A stretch of 64,000 nucleotides of DNA from Octopus vulgaris (lineage: Eukaryota), in NCBI GenBank assembly GCA_951406725.2, contig OX597823.1, forward strand, positions 71,920,001 through 71,984,000. Direction: 5' to 3'. This document shows positions 14,762-29,433 of the stretch, piece by piece. The first letter of the stretch is position 1. The number at the start of each line of letters is the position of its first letter. Below the pieces are notes generated by a model. That model searched no databases. It was given only the letters and a program-made list of their open reading frames with translations, and was not told the origin of the DNA. Made by a program: the position numbers and the translations under genes.

Positions 14762-14818
14762 CATCCATCCATCCATCCATCCATCCATCCATCCATCCAT
14801 CCATCCATCCATCCATCC

Positions 14819-14893
<75 letters not shown>

Positions 14894-14908
14894 CGTGTAT
14901 GTGTGTTC

Positions 14909-14936
<28 letters not shown>

Positions 14937-14939
<3 letters not shown>

Positions 14940-15134
14940 GGGAGAATTCACAAAAAACAAACAAACAAAAGACGAAGTCAGGTGGGGTAGACAACAAACA
15001 AATGTATTAGTATAACGCTCGGGTGGTGAAAAAGTCTTTAACGTTTCGAGCCTACGCTCTTCCACAGAAAGGAACACAGAAAGAGACAAGGAGAGAAAAT
15101 AATGAATGTGTAGTGGCTAGCGATCTATCATGGC
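14937..15134 (-). mobile_element. PLE terminal repeat family H1, hammerhead at 15036-15071
   Basis: Minus strand CTTT-CTGTGGA-A-GAGC gtag GCTC-GAAAC-GTT-AAAG. Abuts (TA)n. Confidence 0.8.
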
Positions 15135-17169
15135 TAATGATACACACACACACACACATGCTGGAAATAACGTCAGATGGGGTCGAGCAATAGATTTATG
15201 TACGCGATTATACATTTGTGTTGAAATAGTCTGAAATATGAAAAGTAAATGGAATGATAGCAAATATTTGTTTATTCCCCTTATCTTTACTTTCTGTAGT
15301 TTATAATTTTTATTTCCCTATCTTTTCTTGTTTCATTCCCATTTTAATTTTCACTTATAATTTTCTTCTTATAAGTTTTTACTATGTATATATTATCAAT
15401 TTAGCACTTAAAACCGACACGATTATTTAATAATTACATTTCAAGTTAACACTTTTCAACTGGGCTCTTAATTCCTGCTTCGAAATTCTCTAAACATTTA
15501 CAACATCTATAGGTCAACTATAATGTCGAATTTTTTCACAGCTCACGGGTCAACTTAATTATGAACAATTACAACGTGATTCATACCAAACATATACACA
15601 TCATTACCTCATTACTTTTCCTATTTTTGTTGTTGCTATCGGTGGTAGAAAGGATCTGTTGTTGCGAATGTGTTTACACAGTTGATTTGGTTTTATTATT
15701 GCTGATGAAGTTCATTTGTTGTTGCAAGAATTATTTTTAGTCTTGCTTTATTATTATTATTATTATTTTTGTAATTGCTAGAATTTAAATTGCTCTTTTT
15801 GTTATTGTTCTCACTGTTATAGCTGTTGTTTTTGTTCCTATAATTGATGTTGCTTTTGTTGATATCGTTTTTACACATCTGTTGTTGCCGTTGTTAAACT
15901 ATGAGCATCTTTGTTCATGTTATTGATGTCGTTGGTGTTTTCTTTTATATTTTGTACTTTTTCTTCTTTTCCCACTTCTAAATAAATTTAGATTTAAATG
16001 ATTTAATGTAATCGTTGTTAAGTTAATTATTAATTTAATTGCTATTTAATTGAAAGGAGAAAATAATACACAGTTTTGCTTCCAGTCACAGCCGATGTGA
16101 TATATAAGAGAAGCTAGACCTAATGCAGATATTACGTATGTATGTATGTACGTAAGTACGTATGTATGTATGTATGTATGTATGTATGTATGTATGTATG
16201 TATGTATGTTTGTAGGTATGGATGTTTGTGTGTATGTATGCGTTTATGTATTTATGTATGTATGTTTGTGCGTATGTATGTATTTATATATGTGTGTATT
16301 TATGTATGTATGTTTGTGTGTGTGTATATATGTATGTATGTTTGTATGCATGTATGTGTATGTGTGCATGTATGTACATATGTATCTGTGCATGTATGTG
16401 TGTACGTTTATGTGTATGCTTATATGAACCATCCTACATAGCAACAATAAATACTTTTAAGTTGAATATAAATTGTATTATTACTGTCAAACTTCATCTG
16501 ATAAACGCATACACCTATCAATACAATCGTATGTATATACGCATGTACGTACGTATGTATGTATGTATTATGGGTGGTTAAATGGATGGTTTGATGGATG
16601 GATGGATGTATAGATGAATGGATGGCTGGATGGATGGGTGGACGGATTGATGGATGGATGGATGGACGGACGGTTAGATTAACAATCCAAAACATTTCAC
16701 GAACTATTGACAGAAAATAACTATACAAAATATCTAATGGACAAACAAGGCAGGAAAACTCCTTCACGCTCAAAATGCAACCGTAAATGTAAGTTAGATC
16801 ACTCTCCTAAGGAAAATAAAACAGAGTTACCAGACGCTGCCTTAAAATGTGATTGAAGTGCTACCACTCACAACCACATGGTATTGTTGTTTAAACAATA
16901 TACTATGTCATCCTCAGAAAATACTGCCACAAAATCAATAGAAACAAAACTTCCCTATTATTAAATACATACATAGAAGCATACATACATACATACATAC
17001 ATACACACACACTCACATACATACATACATACATACATACATACATACATACATACATACATACATACATACATACATGCATACATACATGCACACATAC
17101 ATACATACATACATACATACATACATACATACATACATACATACATACATACATACATACATACATACA

Positions 17170-17998
17170 CAACTACATGGGTACTTCGCATAAAAATCAC
17201 GAAGCATAGAAGAGATTGATCATATCAAAAACTTAGCATGGAGCACTGACCAATTTATGACATCTCACTTTGTAATTTAAGAAAAAGAGATTCCCCCCAA
17301 GTACCTACAACATAAAAGGCAGAAAACGTTGACAGACAACAAATGTAAGACTGAAGGTATCCACCATATTATTGCTAGCTGTGAGAAAATTTCTTCTAGA
17401 TATTATCTTCCCATGCGATATAATACAGTGGTCAGAACGGTCTGGAATGGGATAACAAAAACACTTACAGACTATATTGGGACCGAGAGGGTCTAAAGAA
17501 TATTGGCGGAACTAAAAAATCAAAACATCCACCGAGTTAAAACACAACCGGTCAGATATTGCTGTGTGAGACCACAAAGAAGAAAAAATGTGTGTTGTTG
17601 TAGAAATTAGCAGCCCTCTGTACACCAATGTGGTTTGAAAAATACAAGAGACAGAGGACTTCTATGGATCATTAATAAGGAGTCTGCAAATTCAGTACCC
17701 AAAATACACTTCCAGCTTCATACTCGTTATTATTGGTGCAAGAGGATACAAACCAACCCGTCTAGAGCAAAATGTAGCTGAACTTGGGTTCTTAGGGAAA
17801 GAATGCAAATTCTTAATTCATACGCTACAGAGGATTAATATAGCTGGGACTATAAAAGCTACAAGGACCTTAAAATTTAAACGATGATGAACCAGTTAAG
17901 ATGATTTCTTTCACAACCTTGTTACCAAATATGTGGCCGGTCAAAGTTTTATGTCTTTGTTAGAAACTAGTTCTTTCATTGTCAGAAGGATTTTTATA
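17170..17998 (+). mobile_element. Decayed RLE-type non-LTR retrotransposon (R4/Dong- or NeSL-like) 3' part
   Basis: Translation with stops and frameshifts gives a CCHC remnant (HHIIASC...YLPMRYNTV) and an RLE motif (KHNRSDIAV*D...CVVVEISSP...YGSL...VIIGARG). Flanked on both sides by (CATA)n. Confidence 0.75.
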
Positions 17999-18067
17999 CA
18001 TACATACACACACACACACATACATACATATATATATATACATACGTACATACATACGTACGTACGT

Positions 18068-18420
18068 ACATGGTGGTTGTCTACTCCTTATGCAGAGTTT
18101 GACCACATTCTGTACCTACACTTTAGCACCATCATAGCATCTGATGTGGCTTCTTAAACCAGACAATGTTCTGAAAAGACACCCACATACATTGAACCTC
18201 TGATTTGGACCACCAAACCTGCAGATAAGTTCTGCACTTTGTGGATCTTAAAATGCCTTTTGAGGCCTCCGTTGGATTTGAAACCTTCTGGCATACACTG
18301 TATTCAAAGGTGTGCACAGACATATAAGCAGACTAGTTGGTGGAGGTTCGTCTTCTATGCGTTCGCAGATGAGATTTAATGCAACCATAAGACAGGCATG
18401 GTTTGTCATGGTCTGTCACG
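18068..18420 (-). mobile_element. RTE-clade LINE 3' end with two C2H2-type fingers (frameshifted)
   Basis: Minus strand FEYSVCQKV(F)KSNGGLKRHFKIH and NVCGCLFRTLSGLRSHIRCY, then a stop and a short 3'UTR into a tetranucleotide repeat. Confidence 0.65.
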
Positions 18421-19974
18421 TACATACGTACATACGTACATACATGCATATATAGATACAGATAGTTCTATGTATGTATATGTGGGGGAAGAGAGAAATA
18501 TCTATTGCAACTAAACATTTAAGATATCAGAGATTGTATTTATATCCATCTAATTAAAGAAAACATTCGATAGCATCGCTGCACACTCAATTCGAAAGTA
18601 AATGAAGGGAGTGAATGAGTCTCGAATATACACTTCTGAAGAATATATGTGCGTGTGTGAGTGTGTGTTTGTGTGTATGTTCGCATGTGTGTGTGCTGGT
18701 ATGTATATGTGTGCATGCTTTAGTGTATGTCAGAGGATTCAACGTTGTTCATCAGAGCGCTATTTTGAATGTGACTAAAATTAAACAGAAACAATGTTAA
18801 CGAAAGGCAGCATAGATATGGTTCTAATTCCACACTGTTACAAGCTCACAGACATTAGAAGCAACTCTTCATAAAAAGACGAAGAGAATTACTCTTCATG
18901 AATCAAAGGGAATAACCCACATCCAGACTCTGCTTATACGAATGGGATTTGGTGGGAAAATGTCTGATACATAATTAAGCATTGACTGCTGAAGTAATAT
19001 TCCTGGTTCCAAAAGCATAATATAGAATCCAGTTAAATTGCAATGTTGGCTGGTATTGGAGTAAGCACATGCCTTGTTGTTTCAGTAGAGAACTTGTAGC
19101 ATATAATGCAGCGTATTTAGTGTCATCCTATGAATTTTCATGTATTGGTTTAACGCAACATCTTACAGCAAAAGCAGGAAAAGTTAAATATGTGACAGTA
19201 GAGGGAGATAAAAAATACTCTTTACAATTTCTACCTTCAGAATAGCATCTAAATAATTAGTTCGGCCCATACTCCACCTAAATAGCCATTAATGAGGAGA
19301 GTGAAACATTGAATGTGTATGAAACAGCTCAATGCCTCGGGAACAAGAGAAGAGAGAAGGAAAGGGGAAAAGAGAAAGGAAGAAGCAAAACAAAGGAGAG
19401 AGGAGGAAAACGAAAGATGTAAGGAGTTGAGAAGGATTTAGGGCGAGGTGCAGAGAAGAATAACGGGATATAGGGACAGGAGATGATATAATGAAAATTC
19501 TGGGACATGTTAGGATATGAATGTCAAGCTGATATTCTACGAGTGGAGGCAACCGGTTGAAATCTGGTTTACATCGGGAAGAACAAGTTTAAAAACTTGC
19601 TACTTGAATTTCTTAAGTGTGCAAACAAAAACAAAACAAAACCTTTTCATCTCCCACCGCCTCTCAATATTGCTTGCTAGAGTCAGCATCTTTATTCAGT
19701 GATCAGTGATATACAGCGCACATGATATATAATGCTTTTGCGGTTGTAGCCCAATTGATCTGATAGTTTTCTGTATTTGCGTCCCTCATCTGCCAATTAT
19801 ATTGTGACAATGAGGCTGAATTTCGCTTATCCCTGTGTCTAAACGAATAGATGTGATGCCTTAAACAGTAAGTGTCTTAAGTCAGTAAGATTCATTGATA
19901 CATTTATCGCTATAATATAGATCCGTTCAAGATAAAGTGATCGGGACAATGTGCAGGCGTGGGTGTGGTAAGAA

Positions 19975-20335
19975 TAGCCGCAAGCGTGGCTTTGTGATAG
20001 GAAGCTTGCTACCGGTTCCGGGTTCAGTCCCACTGTGTGGAATCTTGGGCAAGCGTCTTCTACTATAGTCTCAGGCCGACCAAAGCTTTGTGAGTGGATT
20101 TGGTAGACGGAAACTGAAAGAAGCCTGTCGTATATGTATATTTATGTGTGTCTGTGTTCGTCTCTCGCTATCGCTTGCTAGTGTGTTTATGTCCCCGTAA
20201 CTTAGCGGTTCAGCAAAAGTTACCGATAGAATTAGTACTAGGCCTACAAAGAATAAGTACTGGGGGTGATTTGTTCGACTAAAATCCTGTAAGGCTCTAA
20301 CATGACCGCAGTCAAATGACTGAAACAAATAAAAG
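19975..20335 (+). mobile_element. SINE family A, diverged copy
   Basis: ggttccgggttcagtcccactg...gtgagtggatttggtagacggaaactgaaagaagcc...cagtcaaatgactgaaac. Confidence 0.85.
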
Positions 20336-20624
20336 ACAGAGAAAGAAAAAGAAAAAGAAAAAGAAAAAGACTATGTGTCCGTAATGTTCTGGTGGACCCA
20401 AAAAACTTCTAAAGAGCTGAACCGAATAAGATTTTAACTAGAAAGTATCACAAAGAAGAGTTGATATATCTTAATCTAGAAACAAGGATTTTCCAGCTGA
20501 GGAAAGAAACTCTAAAACACCGAACCATGAACTTATATACTCGATAAAGGTAAAATACATATATTTGCTTCGTTCATTCCATTCTCTTTAACTTCATATT
20601 TACACTTTTGTCATAGCTATATTT

Positions 20625-20775
20625 TTACCTCCGACTTGTTGGTGGAGGTATTGTTTTCAGTCGTGTTTGTTTTTCCGTGGATGGTTTTAGATGAAACTTT
20701 CAGGGATGTTTGTCTTCGTGACTGGCACGAACTGATTAGATTTTAGGATCAAATCCGGTACCGAACAAGGATTGC
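20625..20775 (+). mobile_element. Helentron-associated (HINE/DINE-1-like) fragment
   Basis: TTACCTCCG...GGAGGT short inverted repeat, then TGTTTTC...TGTTTG...GATGAAACTTTCAG...GATTAGATTTT, a pattern I associate with HINE-type elements. Confidence 0.55.
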
Positions 20776-21467
20776 GTGTGTGTATGTGTGTGTGAATGCG
20801 CGCACCTGTTTGTGCGTGAAAGTATATGTCCTTACTCTCGTTAAATAATTATAATTCAGTATTAAATAATTAATTCAAATATAATCACAAATGTTTTCTT
20901 CGTCAGAATGAAAATTTCTATTATATGCTACGCATCATTTTGTATATTCCACCTTTATATTTTCCGCGCATGCGTGCATGTGTGTGTGTGTATGTGTGTG
21001 CGCGCGCCAGTGCGTATTATGTACATGAGCAAGGTTTTTCAGTTTTCGTTTCTTCAGTATACTCTACAGCGAGAGATGGTGAAGTTCGGCCTGCGAAGGA
21101 CTGGCGCCCTGTTCACTAGGAAATCTATTCTGAGTCACTTCAACACCATTGCAAACTGGGAGAAACTCCTGTGTAATGCGACTATAGGCTTGAGAAAAAC
21201 TTTTATAATTCATTCATATATGTGTTCACCAAGTGAAAGAGCCAGAATGGTTTGCAGTGTCTAAAACTAGATTACAAATTTCTATAAATAATGGAAAGCT
21301 CAAGTAGTAAGAATGCTTTTTCCTCTTCTGTCCAACAATTACATTCTCTCAATAAATGTGGGAGAGTCAAGCGAAGTGCGAGCAACTTCACTTCCTAGAA
21401 AAACTGGTAGGGTGCTGGAACATTCAAAGAATGGAGCACTACGTTTCTATGCTTTCAACAGCTCCGG

Positions 21468-21501
<34 letters not shown>

Positions 21502-21539
21502 ACAAACACAAAGTAATGTAATATAATATATGTGTGTGA

Positions 21540-21579
<40 letters not shown>

Positions 21580-21584
<5 letters not shown>

Positions 21585-21775
21585 GTTAAAATTTATAGGA
21601 AAACGAAAGACGAAGACAGGTGTATGGACAACAAACTGGTGTAATAGTTTGACGTTCGGGTAAGTGAGAAAGTTTTTTATGTTTCGAGCCTACGCTCTTC
21701 AGCAGAAAGGAATAAGAGAAAATAAACAGAGAGAGAATAAAAAAAAACTTGTGGATTTAGCGATCAAGCATGACG
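21580..21775 (-). mobile_element. PLE terminal repeat family H1, hammerhead-like motif at 21674-21709
   Basis: Minus strand CTTT-CTGCTGA-A-GAGC gtag GCTC-GAAAC-ATA-AAAA. Between (TA)n tracts. Confidence 0.75.
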
Positions 21776-21778
21776 ATG

Positions 21779-21828
<50 letters not shown>

Positions 21829-23267
21829 GCATGTATATGCATATATTTGTATATAAGTATGTATGCATATGTGTATGTTTGTGTGTATGTATGTGCATAT
21901 TTATATGTATATGTATGCGCAAATATACACGCATAAATGTATATGTATGTGTGCAGTATGTGTATATTGCATGAAAGCATATTTGTTTGTAAGTGTGAAT
22001 ATAAGTATATATGTGTTTATATTTTATGCGCAGTTGAAATAATTAGTTGAAAATGCGAAGAAAGAAAGATTAACACTGCTGAACTGCTCAAGTTTAGAAG
22101 GATCGAAAATTGCGTCACGTAAATTTTTCCTGAAGTTCTCAAGTTTTTAACTTGAATCGTAATATAAAATCTATGACGCACTTATATTTTGTGCGTTTAA
22201 TTATTCGATTCTATCGGTGGCTTGTACTTATTTATGGGTATATGTTTTAATGTACCTCGTGTATTTTCGGTCACATACGGAAAATAGGTTTTCTTTCATT
22301 TTCGCACAATTATAAAGTGAAAGACATTTATATACAGCTCCGTAGTCTTGTAGATGAAATAACGAATTATACATGAGTATATATACATAAACTCGAATTT
22401 AAAAAGGTAAAAGTAAGAGATGAGATAGTGTATAAGGGGGAGGGATCCCATCCATGCAAGGCGGTTCTCTGGTGCGTGTTTTTAATTGTACGCTGCAAAC
22501 AGTGAAAGGGAAGAGAGAAGGAACATAGGAAAGAAGAAAACACGGAGAAATATAAGACATAAAGTAGAGGAGCAGAAAGGAGAGAAAGAAAGAAGTGAAA
22601 GAAGAAGGAAAAAAAAGGAAGGAAAAGGAGGAAGAGGAAATGCGGGGAGGAGGAAGACAATGACGAAGACAGCGACGACGACGACGATGACGACGATGAC
22701 GACGACGATGATGATGAAAGTGGTGGTGGTTGTGGTGGTAATGATGGTGAAGAAGGGGGGGTAAAGGAAGAAGAGGAGGAGAAGGAGGAGGAGCAATTGA
22801 AGCAGATGATAAAGATGACGTTGCTGATCGATAGAAAAAAAGAAAAATGAAATGGAAGAAAAAATCTTCGACACTTTTGTTTCTGTTTTGCCACACCCAT
22901 AATGGTGGATTTGTTTCGCCCACGTAATAATAAATAACATTTTCCCCTCTTTCAGGTAGAGAAAAGGGAGTAACTTTGTCACTTTTCACATTAAATAGAC
23001 TGTAGTATATCCATCATTTCAAAGAAAAATTTCTCGTTAATTACAACTTTCAGGGACGAAAAACACCTTTATTTTACTTAAGTTCCTGTACCGCTACGCG
23101 ACCACGCTCCATGTAAAGCGAACGAGAGATAAGTTAGGAATAGAAACGGAGTTAGTTTACCGGTGATAAGTTTCGCTACATAAAGTAGTGGTCCCATTTA
23201 AACTTCTATAAATTTCACTTATCCAGACGATTATGGTAGTGAAAAGTAAGTCATTCACTAAACTCGA

Positions 23268-23304
<37 letters not shown>

Positions 23305-23319
23305 AATATATATGTGTGT

Positions 23320-23560
23320 AGAAAGTGCATGGCTTAGTGGTTAAGATGTTGTACTCCTGATCGCAAGGTTATGGTTTCGATTCCTGGACGGGGTGATGCG
23401 TTTTTTCTTGAGCGAAACACTTCATTTCACGTCACGCCAGTCCACTGAGCTAGCAAAAGTGAGTAATCCTGCAAAGGACCGGTGATCCGTCGAATGGGGT
23501 GGATATAGCCGCCATAGAATCCCGGGAATCTGTGCCACGTGAAGGGTCCTTCATCCTTTT
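23320..23560 (+). mobile_element. tRNA-derived SINE family C
   Basis: TGGCTTAGTGGTTAAG (A box) and GGTTTCGATTCC (B box). Homologous to 62898. Confidence 0.8.
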
Positions 23561-23593
23561 TTTATGTACATATGTATATATCGTGCCCTACCA

Positions 23594-23638
<45 letters not shown>

Positions 23639-23644
23639 TATATA

Positions 23645-23870
23645 TTTCTTTACTGCCCACAAGGGGCTAAACATAGAGGGGACAACAAGGAGAGACAAAC
23701 GGATTAAGTCGATTACATCGACACCAGTGCGAAACTGGTACTTTATTTATCAACCCCGAAAGGATGAAAGGCAAAGTCGACCTCGGCGGAATTTGAACTC
23801 AGAACGTAACGACAGACGAAATACCGCTAAGCATTTCGCCCGGCGGGCTAACGTTTCTGCCAGCTCGCCG
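23645..23870 (-). mobile_element. tRNA-derived SINE family D
   Basis: Minus-strand head GGCGAGCTGGCAGAAACG...GAGTTCAAATTCC and core GTCGACTTTGCCTTTCATCCTTTCGGGG. Homologous to 32760 and 38293. Confidence 0.85.
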
Positions 23871-23943
23871 CACACACACACACACACACACACGCGCACA
23901 CACACATATATATATATATATACATTTATATAACTACAACCGC

Positions 23944-24020
<77 letters not shown>

Positions 24021-24587
24021 AATATATCTAGCTAGCTAGCTAGGTATCTGCTTGTCTACTTCTCTGTCTGTCCGAATGTATGTATGTATGTATGTATGTA
24101 TGTATGTATGTATGTATGTATACAGAATAAAAACGATACAATATTGTATTTTGCCGGGTAAAAAATAAAATAAAATATTTGCATTAGAAACTTTCTTATA
24201 TTCTTTCTGTTCATTTCTGCTCGATAGCAATGGCTGTTATTCAATATTTTCCATTCCACAGTACATTACCGGTACCCAATTTATCGATTCAGAAAAGTAT
24301 GCAATATTTATCGATTTAGAAAAATATGCCTCATCGATAGTTAGATTCGAAATCAGAGCTTGTGAACTTCTCCATTTAATTTTATATTCCTTGACTGAAG
24401 AAAGGTGACTAGATACACCACTTTATTGAATAGTCTAAAGAATACTACTTGGAGTTACTTACTCATTTTATCGACCCGTGATAGTAAGATATTGTATATG
24501 ATAATATTGTATATAATAAAACATCCACTGATTCCACCTTTGACAGGCAGTTATACTTCGCATTTCGATGGGGTATGTAATATAAAG

Positions 24588-24925
24588 TGGAGGCGCAATG
24601 GCCCAGTGGTTAGGGCAGCGGACTCGCGGTCGGAGGATCGCAGTTTCGATTCCCAGACCGAGCGTTGTGTGAGTTTATTGAGCGAAAACACCTAAAGCTC
24701 CACGAGGCTCCGGCAGGGGATGGTGCCGACCCCTGTTGTACTCTTTCGCCACAACTTTCTCTCACTCTTTCTTCCTGTTTCTTGAGTAACGCTGCGATGG
24801 ACTGGCGTCCCGTCCAGCAGGGGGGGGGGGACACATACTCCATAGAAACCGGGAAACCGGGCCCATGATCCTGGCTAGGCTTGAAAAGGGCGCATAAATA
24901 AATAAAAAATGTAATAAAAAAATAA
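24588..24925 (+). mobile_element. tRNA-derived SINE family B
   Basis: TGGCCCAGTGGTTAGGGCAGCGGACTCGCGGTC...GTTTCGATTCCC tRNA-like head with an A-rich tail. Confidence 0.85.
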
Positions 24926-25411
24926 TAAATTAGGGACAACAGAAGTGTAATATTTATTCACATTTAAACGTGAATGATGTATAAAAACAAACTTTACTGC
25001 GGTAGATATCATAAGAGAAACTCTCATATTGTTTTTTTTTGTATTTTTGGCTATTTGGCTTTCTTTTTCCGTTTTGGGGTTTTCTACAGTGTGATGTTGT
25101 GACAGTCATTGCTTTCTCAAAAGCATTTGACAGTGTAAATGACGTGAGTTGAAGTATGAATCGAAACCAAACCGACCGACTCCGTCGTCTGAAGCTTTGG
25201 TTGCCGTCTTCGCATGCGCATACTCAACACTCACACACACATACACATACAAAGAGAGGTACACACATCCATTACACAAATATGCATAGCACTCACTCAT
25301 GCACACAACACATAAACATATACACAGACACAAACATACAATGAAGTAAACACACTGCACGTAGCCGTATACACATTGTCACGAACAGAGACGCAGACAT
25401 ACACCGAAGCA

Positions 25412-25474
<63 letters not shown>

Positions 25475-25665
25475 ACACACATACACACACACACATACAC
25501 ACACACATACACACACACACACATGCACATACACATACACATACTCGCTTCTCTCCCAGTTACTGTTTAATATCCACAACGGCCTGTATTAATCTATTCG
25601 GTCCTTTCTGACATTGAAAAACTTTATTGCTTCCACTTTTGATAGAGAAGAAGTCGTGCGCGCAA

Positions 25666-25737
<72 letters not shown>

Positions 25738-26251
25738 GCACGCACTCACGCCCGTACACAGAGACTTATGAAGATTCATTCTGTATTGTCGCATTAATAT
25801 TTAATATCCTCATAAGCTCATCTTTATCTTCTTCCTATTCTGTTTCGATTATCAACTTATATTCCAGTGAAACGCTCTCTCTCCCTCTCTCACTCTCTTT
25901 CTGCATGCATACATACATACATACATACACACACATATCTATACATGTATGTAGACACACACACCTATATGTGTGTGTATACGTATACATGAATGTATAT
26001 ATATATATATATATATATGCAAACATATAGATATGTATATGTATATATATATATATACACGAATATATATATATATAATATATATATGTATATATATATA
26101 TATGTGTGTGTGTGTGTATGTATATATGTAGGTAGATAAATGTTATGCATTTACATACATCATGTCATCATGTTTATATATTTATATATTATAATGTATA
26201 CATGCATCTGTATACATATAATTTTATATATATATACATATCTCAGATATA

Positions 26252-26289
<38 letters not shown>

Positions 26290-26838
26290 ATATCTATCTA
26301 TCTATCTATCTATCTATCCATCTCGGTCGCTCGCAAGCTAGCTGCCTGGGAAGCTCTTCTACTCGTGTTCGGATTGTTAACTTTTATCTTCTGATTGACT
26401 ATGTGTGAGCAAGCTAGTCATGTATTATATATATATATTTTTTCTAACCTATAATCTGTTATCAATCTCTCACCTTTATACATTCAATCGAAAATAAATG
26501 CACAACATTCCATTAGCCATAAATAAAAAGAAAAAAATTGTATCCCCCTTATAGGACGTCCCATCTAACATGAATCACCCTTAATCTGTTTTACCTCTTT
26601 TTTTCTATTATTCGACATAATATTAGAATATTAAAATCAGGTTTCTCTTACAGTGTTTCTAACGTTCTGTCACTTACTGCACACAAACATGAACGTGAAA
26701 ATATATCTTTTCACCTACACGGGGAGAATGCACACGTCCAAAAGAAAGACTAACTATATGTGTAAAGATGTATGCACGTATTCAAGTGTATGTATGTATG
26801 TATGTATAATAATAATAATAGTAATAGTAGTAGTAGTA

Positions 26839-26908
<70 letters not shown>

Positions 26909-26951
26909 CAATAATAATAATTATAAATATAGATCGATAAATACATAGAAG

Positions 26952-27837
26952 CAGGGTGCAATAGGTAAATTGTCGCCATTTCCTATTTTTTATTTTTGCC
27001 CATGCGCATTGTTTGTGTTTGATTTTCTCGACAACACAGTATTGTAGAGTCAGTAGGGCACCGTCTGTGGGAAAACGGCACCATGGTGCAATTCACTTTG
27101 CAAGAAATTTGAAAAAGTTATGCTCCACTGCCCAGCATTCGCGCTGGAAGCTCCAATACTGGTATTTCAGAATGTATGGGTGTCAATCTGAGGGCGTTGT
27201 AACCCGAGGACATTTACCAAGAGTGAAAAAATCAAACAATCAGTCAACATCATGGTGTTTGAAGTGTTCATTAGTGATGGTGACGTTATGCCTCCATTCA
27301 TCATTCCACACGGCCTCAGACTCAACACAGTCGCCTACATCAAGTGCCTGGAGGAGATAGTGCTGCCCTGAGTCTAGAGGGTGGATGCTGGAAGACACCA
27401 TGTCTGGCAATAGGACTCTGCACCATGCCACACCTGCAGGAGAATCCAGTCATGGCTGTCAGACAATTTCTGCGACCACATCACACCTAATATCTGGCCA
27501 TCTAACTGCGCAGACTGCAAATTCCTTGAATATTATGTGTGGGGAACATATGAGCAAGAGACCAACTAAAGTCCTTGTAACATCAAAGATGAACTGAAGG
27601 TAAGGGTTATGGCAGCATTCACCAACTTAAACAAGGAGGGAGTCCAGAAGAGTTTCAGGAAATTCCGAAGTCGTCTGGAGGACGTGGAAGCCAATGGCGA
27701 TTTCCTTAGATAAATTCACTCTTTAGTATTGCAAGATGTTTTTATGTAATTATGGTTAATATATTTGTTTAAATGAGATGTCAGGGCTTATTTTCATTTT
27801 TGCCTAATTTAGACGACAGTTTATTCACCGCACACTG
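26952..27837 (+). mobile_element. Internally deleted Tc1/mariner relic, DD37D (maT)-like
   Basis: Translation VMPPFIIPHGLRLNTVAYIKCLEE...WQ*DSAPCH...WPSNCADCKFLEYYVW has 37 residues between the second D and the third acidic residue (E in this copy). Degenerate TIRs cagggtgcaataggtaaattgtcgcc (26952) and gacgacagtttattcaccgcacactg (27812-27837). Confidence 0.85.
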
Positions 27838-27875
27838 TATGTATTTAAATATATATATATATATATATATACATA

Positions 27876-27912
<37 letters not shown>

Positions 27913-28584
27913 ACACACACATATATATGTGTGTGTGTGTATATATAGAGAGAGAGAAAGAGAGGGGGAGAGAAAGAGCGAAATATATATATATATATAT
28001 GTATGTACGTAAGTATATACGTAAATGTATAAATATGTATACACATACACATACCTATATAACTTCTATTAGCAATGAAACATATGTAATGTGAAATAAA
28101 TAATACAAAAACAAATTTCGATTTTTCTCTTTTAATATGTAATTACTCAGCAAAAATTATTTTCCAGTACTTAATAGCATTTTCGCTATTTTCAGTTCTC
28201 ATATAAATTATAACATCTACAAGTATAATTTGGAATACTGGAATATGCAAATGAACTTTATGAGGAAGGATACAACCTGGAAAAATACTCTATCTAGATA
28301 CTATAAGAATATATAGTTAACAGTTTGAAGAACAATAATCGCAAGCCATACGCACACTGACAAACAGACACGCAAACATACACATACACACACACACACA
28401 CACTCACACACACACACACACACACACATATACTAGTGTATATGATGATATTAACCTGCCTCCCCTTCTGTTTCCATTCCACGTCTCTACCACACACAAC
28501 ACTCATCTTGCCTCAACCCCATCCTGCAAGTAAACATCCCCAATAGCGGGATGACTTTACTGTTCCCAATCCTAGGAGCATGAC

Positions 28585-29433
28585 GCGAATGTTTTTCTTC
28601 TCACGAGAGTTCCAGACTCTAGTAATGAACTCATATGCATACAGCCAATCAGATCAGAGCCACCTTTATCCTTTCTTCCTTTCTAGTCAGCACCGTGCAT
28701 TTCTTACTCTTTCCCTCTCTACTGGCAGACAGCAACCTTTTTGTCACTATCGAAAAACATTTTCACAATTTTACAAGTACTACTGTCTCTAACTACTCTA
28801 ACCACCTGTCGAGCAAACGAATACATAAATGTAAATAACATTTCTTCCTTCTTGGTGTTGATCCTTCGATGTTCATTGGTTACTCCGACGTTGGCACAAT
28901 AATATACCTGCCCAAACTGAATTATTGGAGTTATTTCATTTTTTTCCAGAAAAATGTTTCTAAAAAGTTATAGAGGTTTAAAGTTAGATCATTTTCACCC
29001 AGTCAGGCGATAAGATGTCAATTGGCTAAGGAATGACCATACTTCATTTCCCTTTTAATAATGCTTGTTGTTCTTGTTCTTGTTTCAACCATGGCTGCTT
29101 CAGTGTAGTTATTTGTGTTGCTGTTTACTTTGTAAAATAGTAAGGGGAGAGGGTCGCTAGCACATCATCTCAACCCACATTTTCCCCATCTACATCTTTA
29201 ACGTATGGTAACAAAATCCGATAATAGGTACAGATGAAAATCTATCTAATTACTTGTTTCCTAAAATCAAGCATAACTTGGCGATCAGTCGACTTACAAC
29301 ACCGTGGTTCGTCTTGAGTTTACTTGGTAGAGTGTGTTTGTTACCTTGGTACAAGGTCATGTGAGCTCTGACTGACTGTATGTAAATGGGTTCATTAATT
29401 GGGTCCGGAACTCTCGTAGGAAAAAGATTTCGC
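28585..29433. mobile_element. MITE with long TIRs (Mutator-like), copy 1
   Basis: TIR GCGAA...CACGAGAGTTCC.GAC...AGTAATGAACTCA at both ends. Degenerate 9-bp flanks gagcatgac/aagcgtgcc. Interior homologous to the 41075 copy. Confidence 0.7.

Noticed and set aside
18130-18323. Host C2H2 zinc-finger gene exon
   Set aside because: Frameshifted, lacks TGEKP linkers, and has the GLRSH finger and short tail typical of an RTE ORF2 end.
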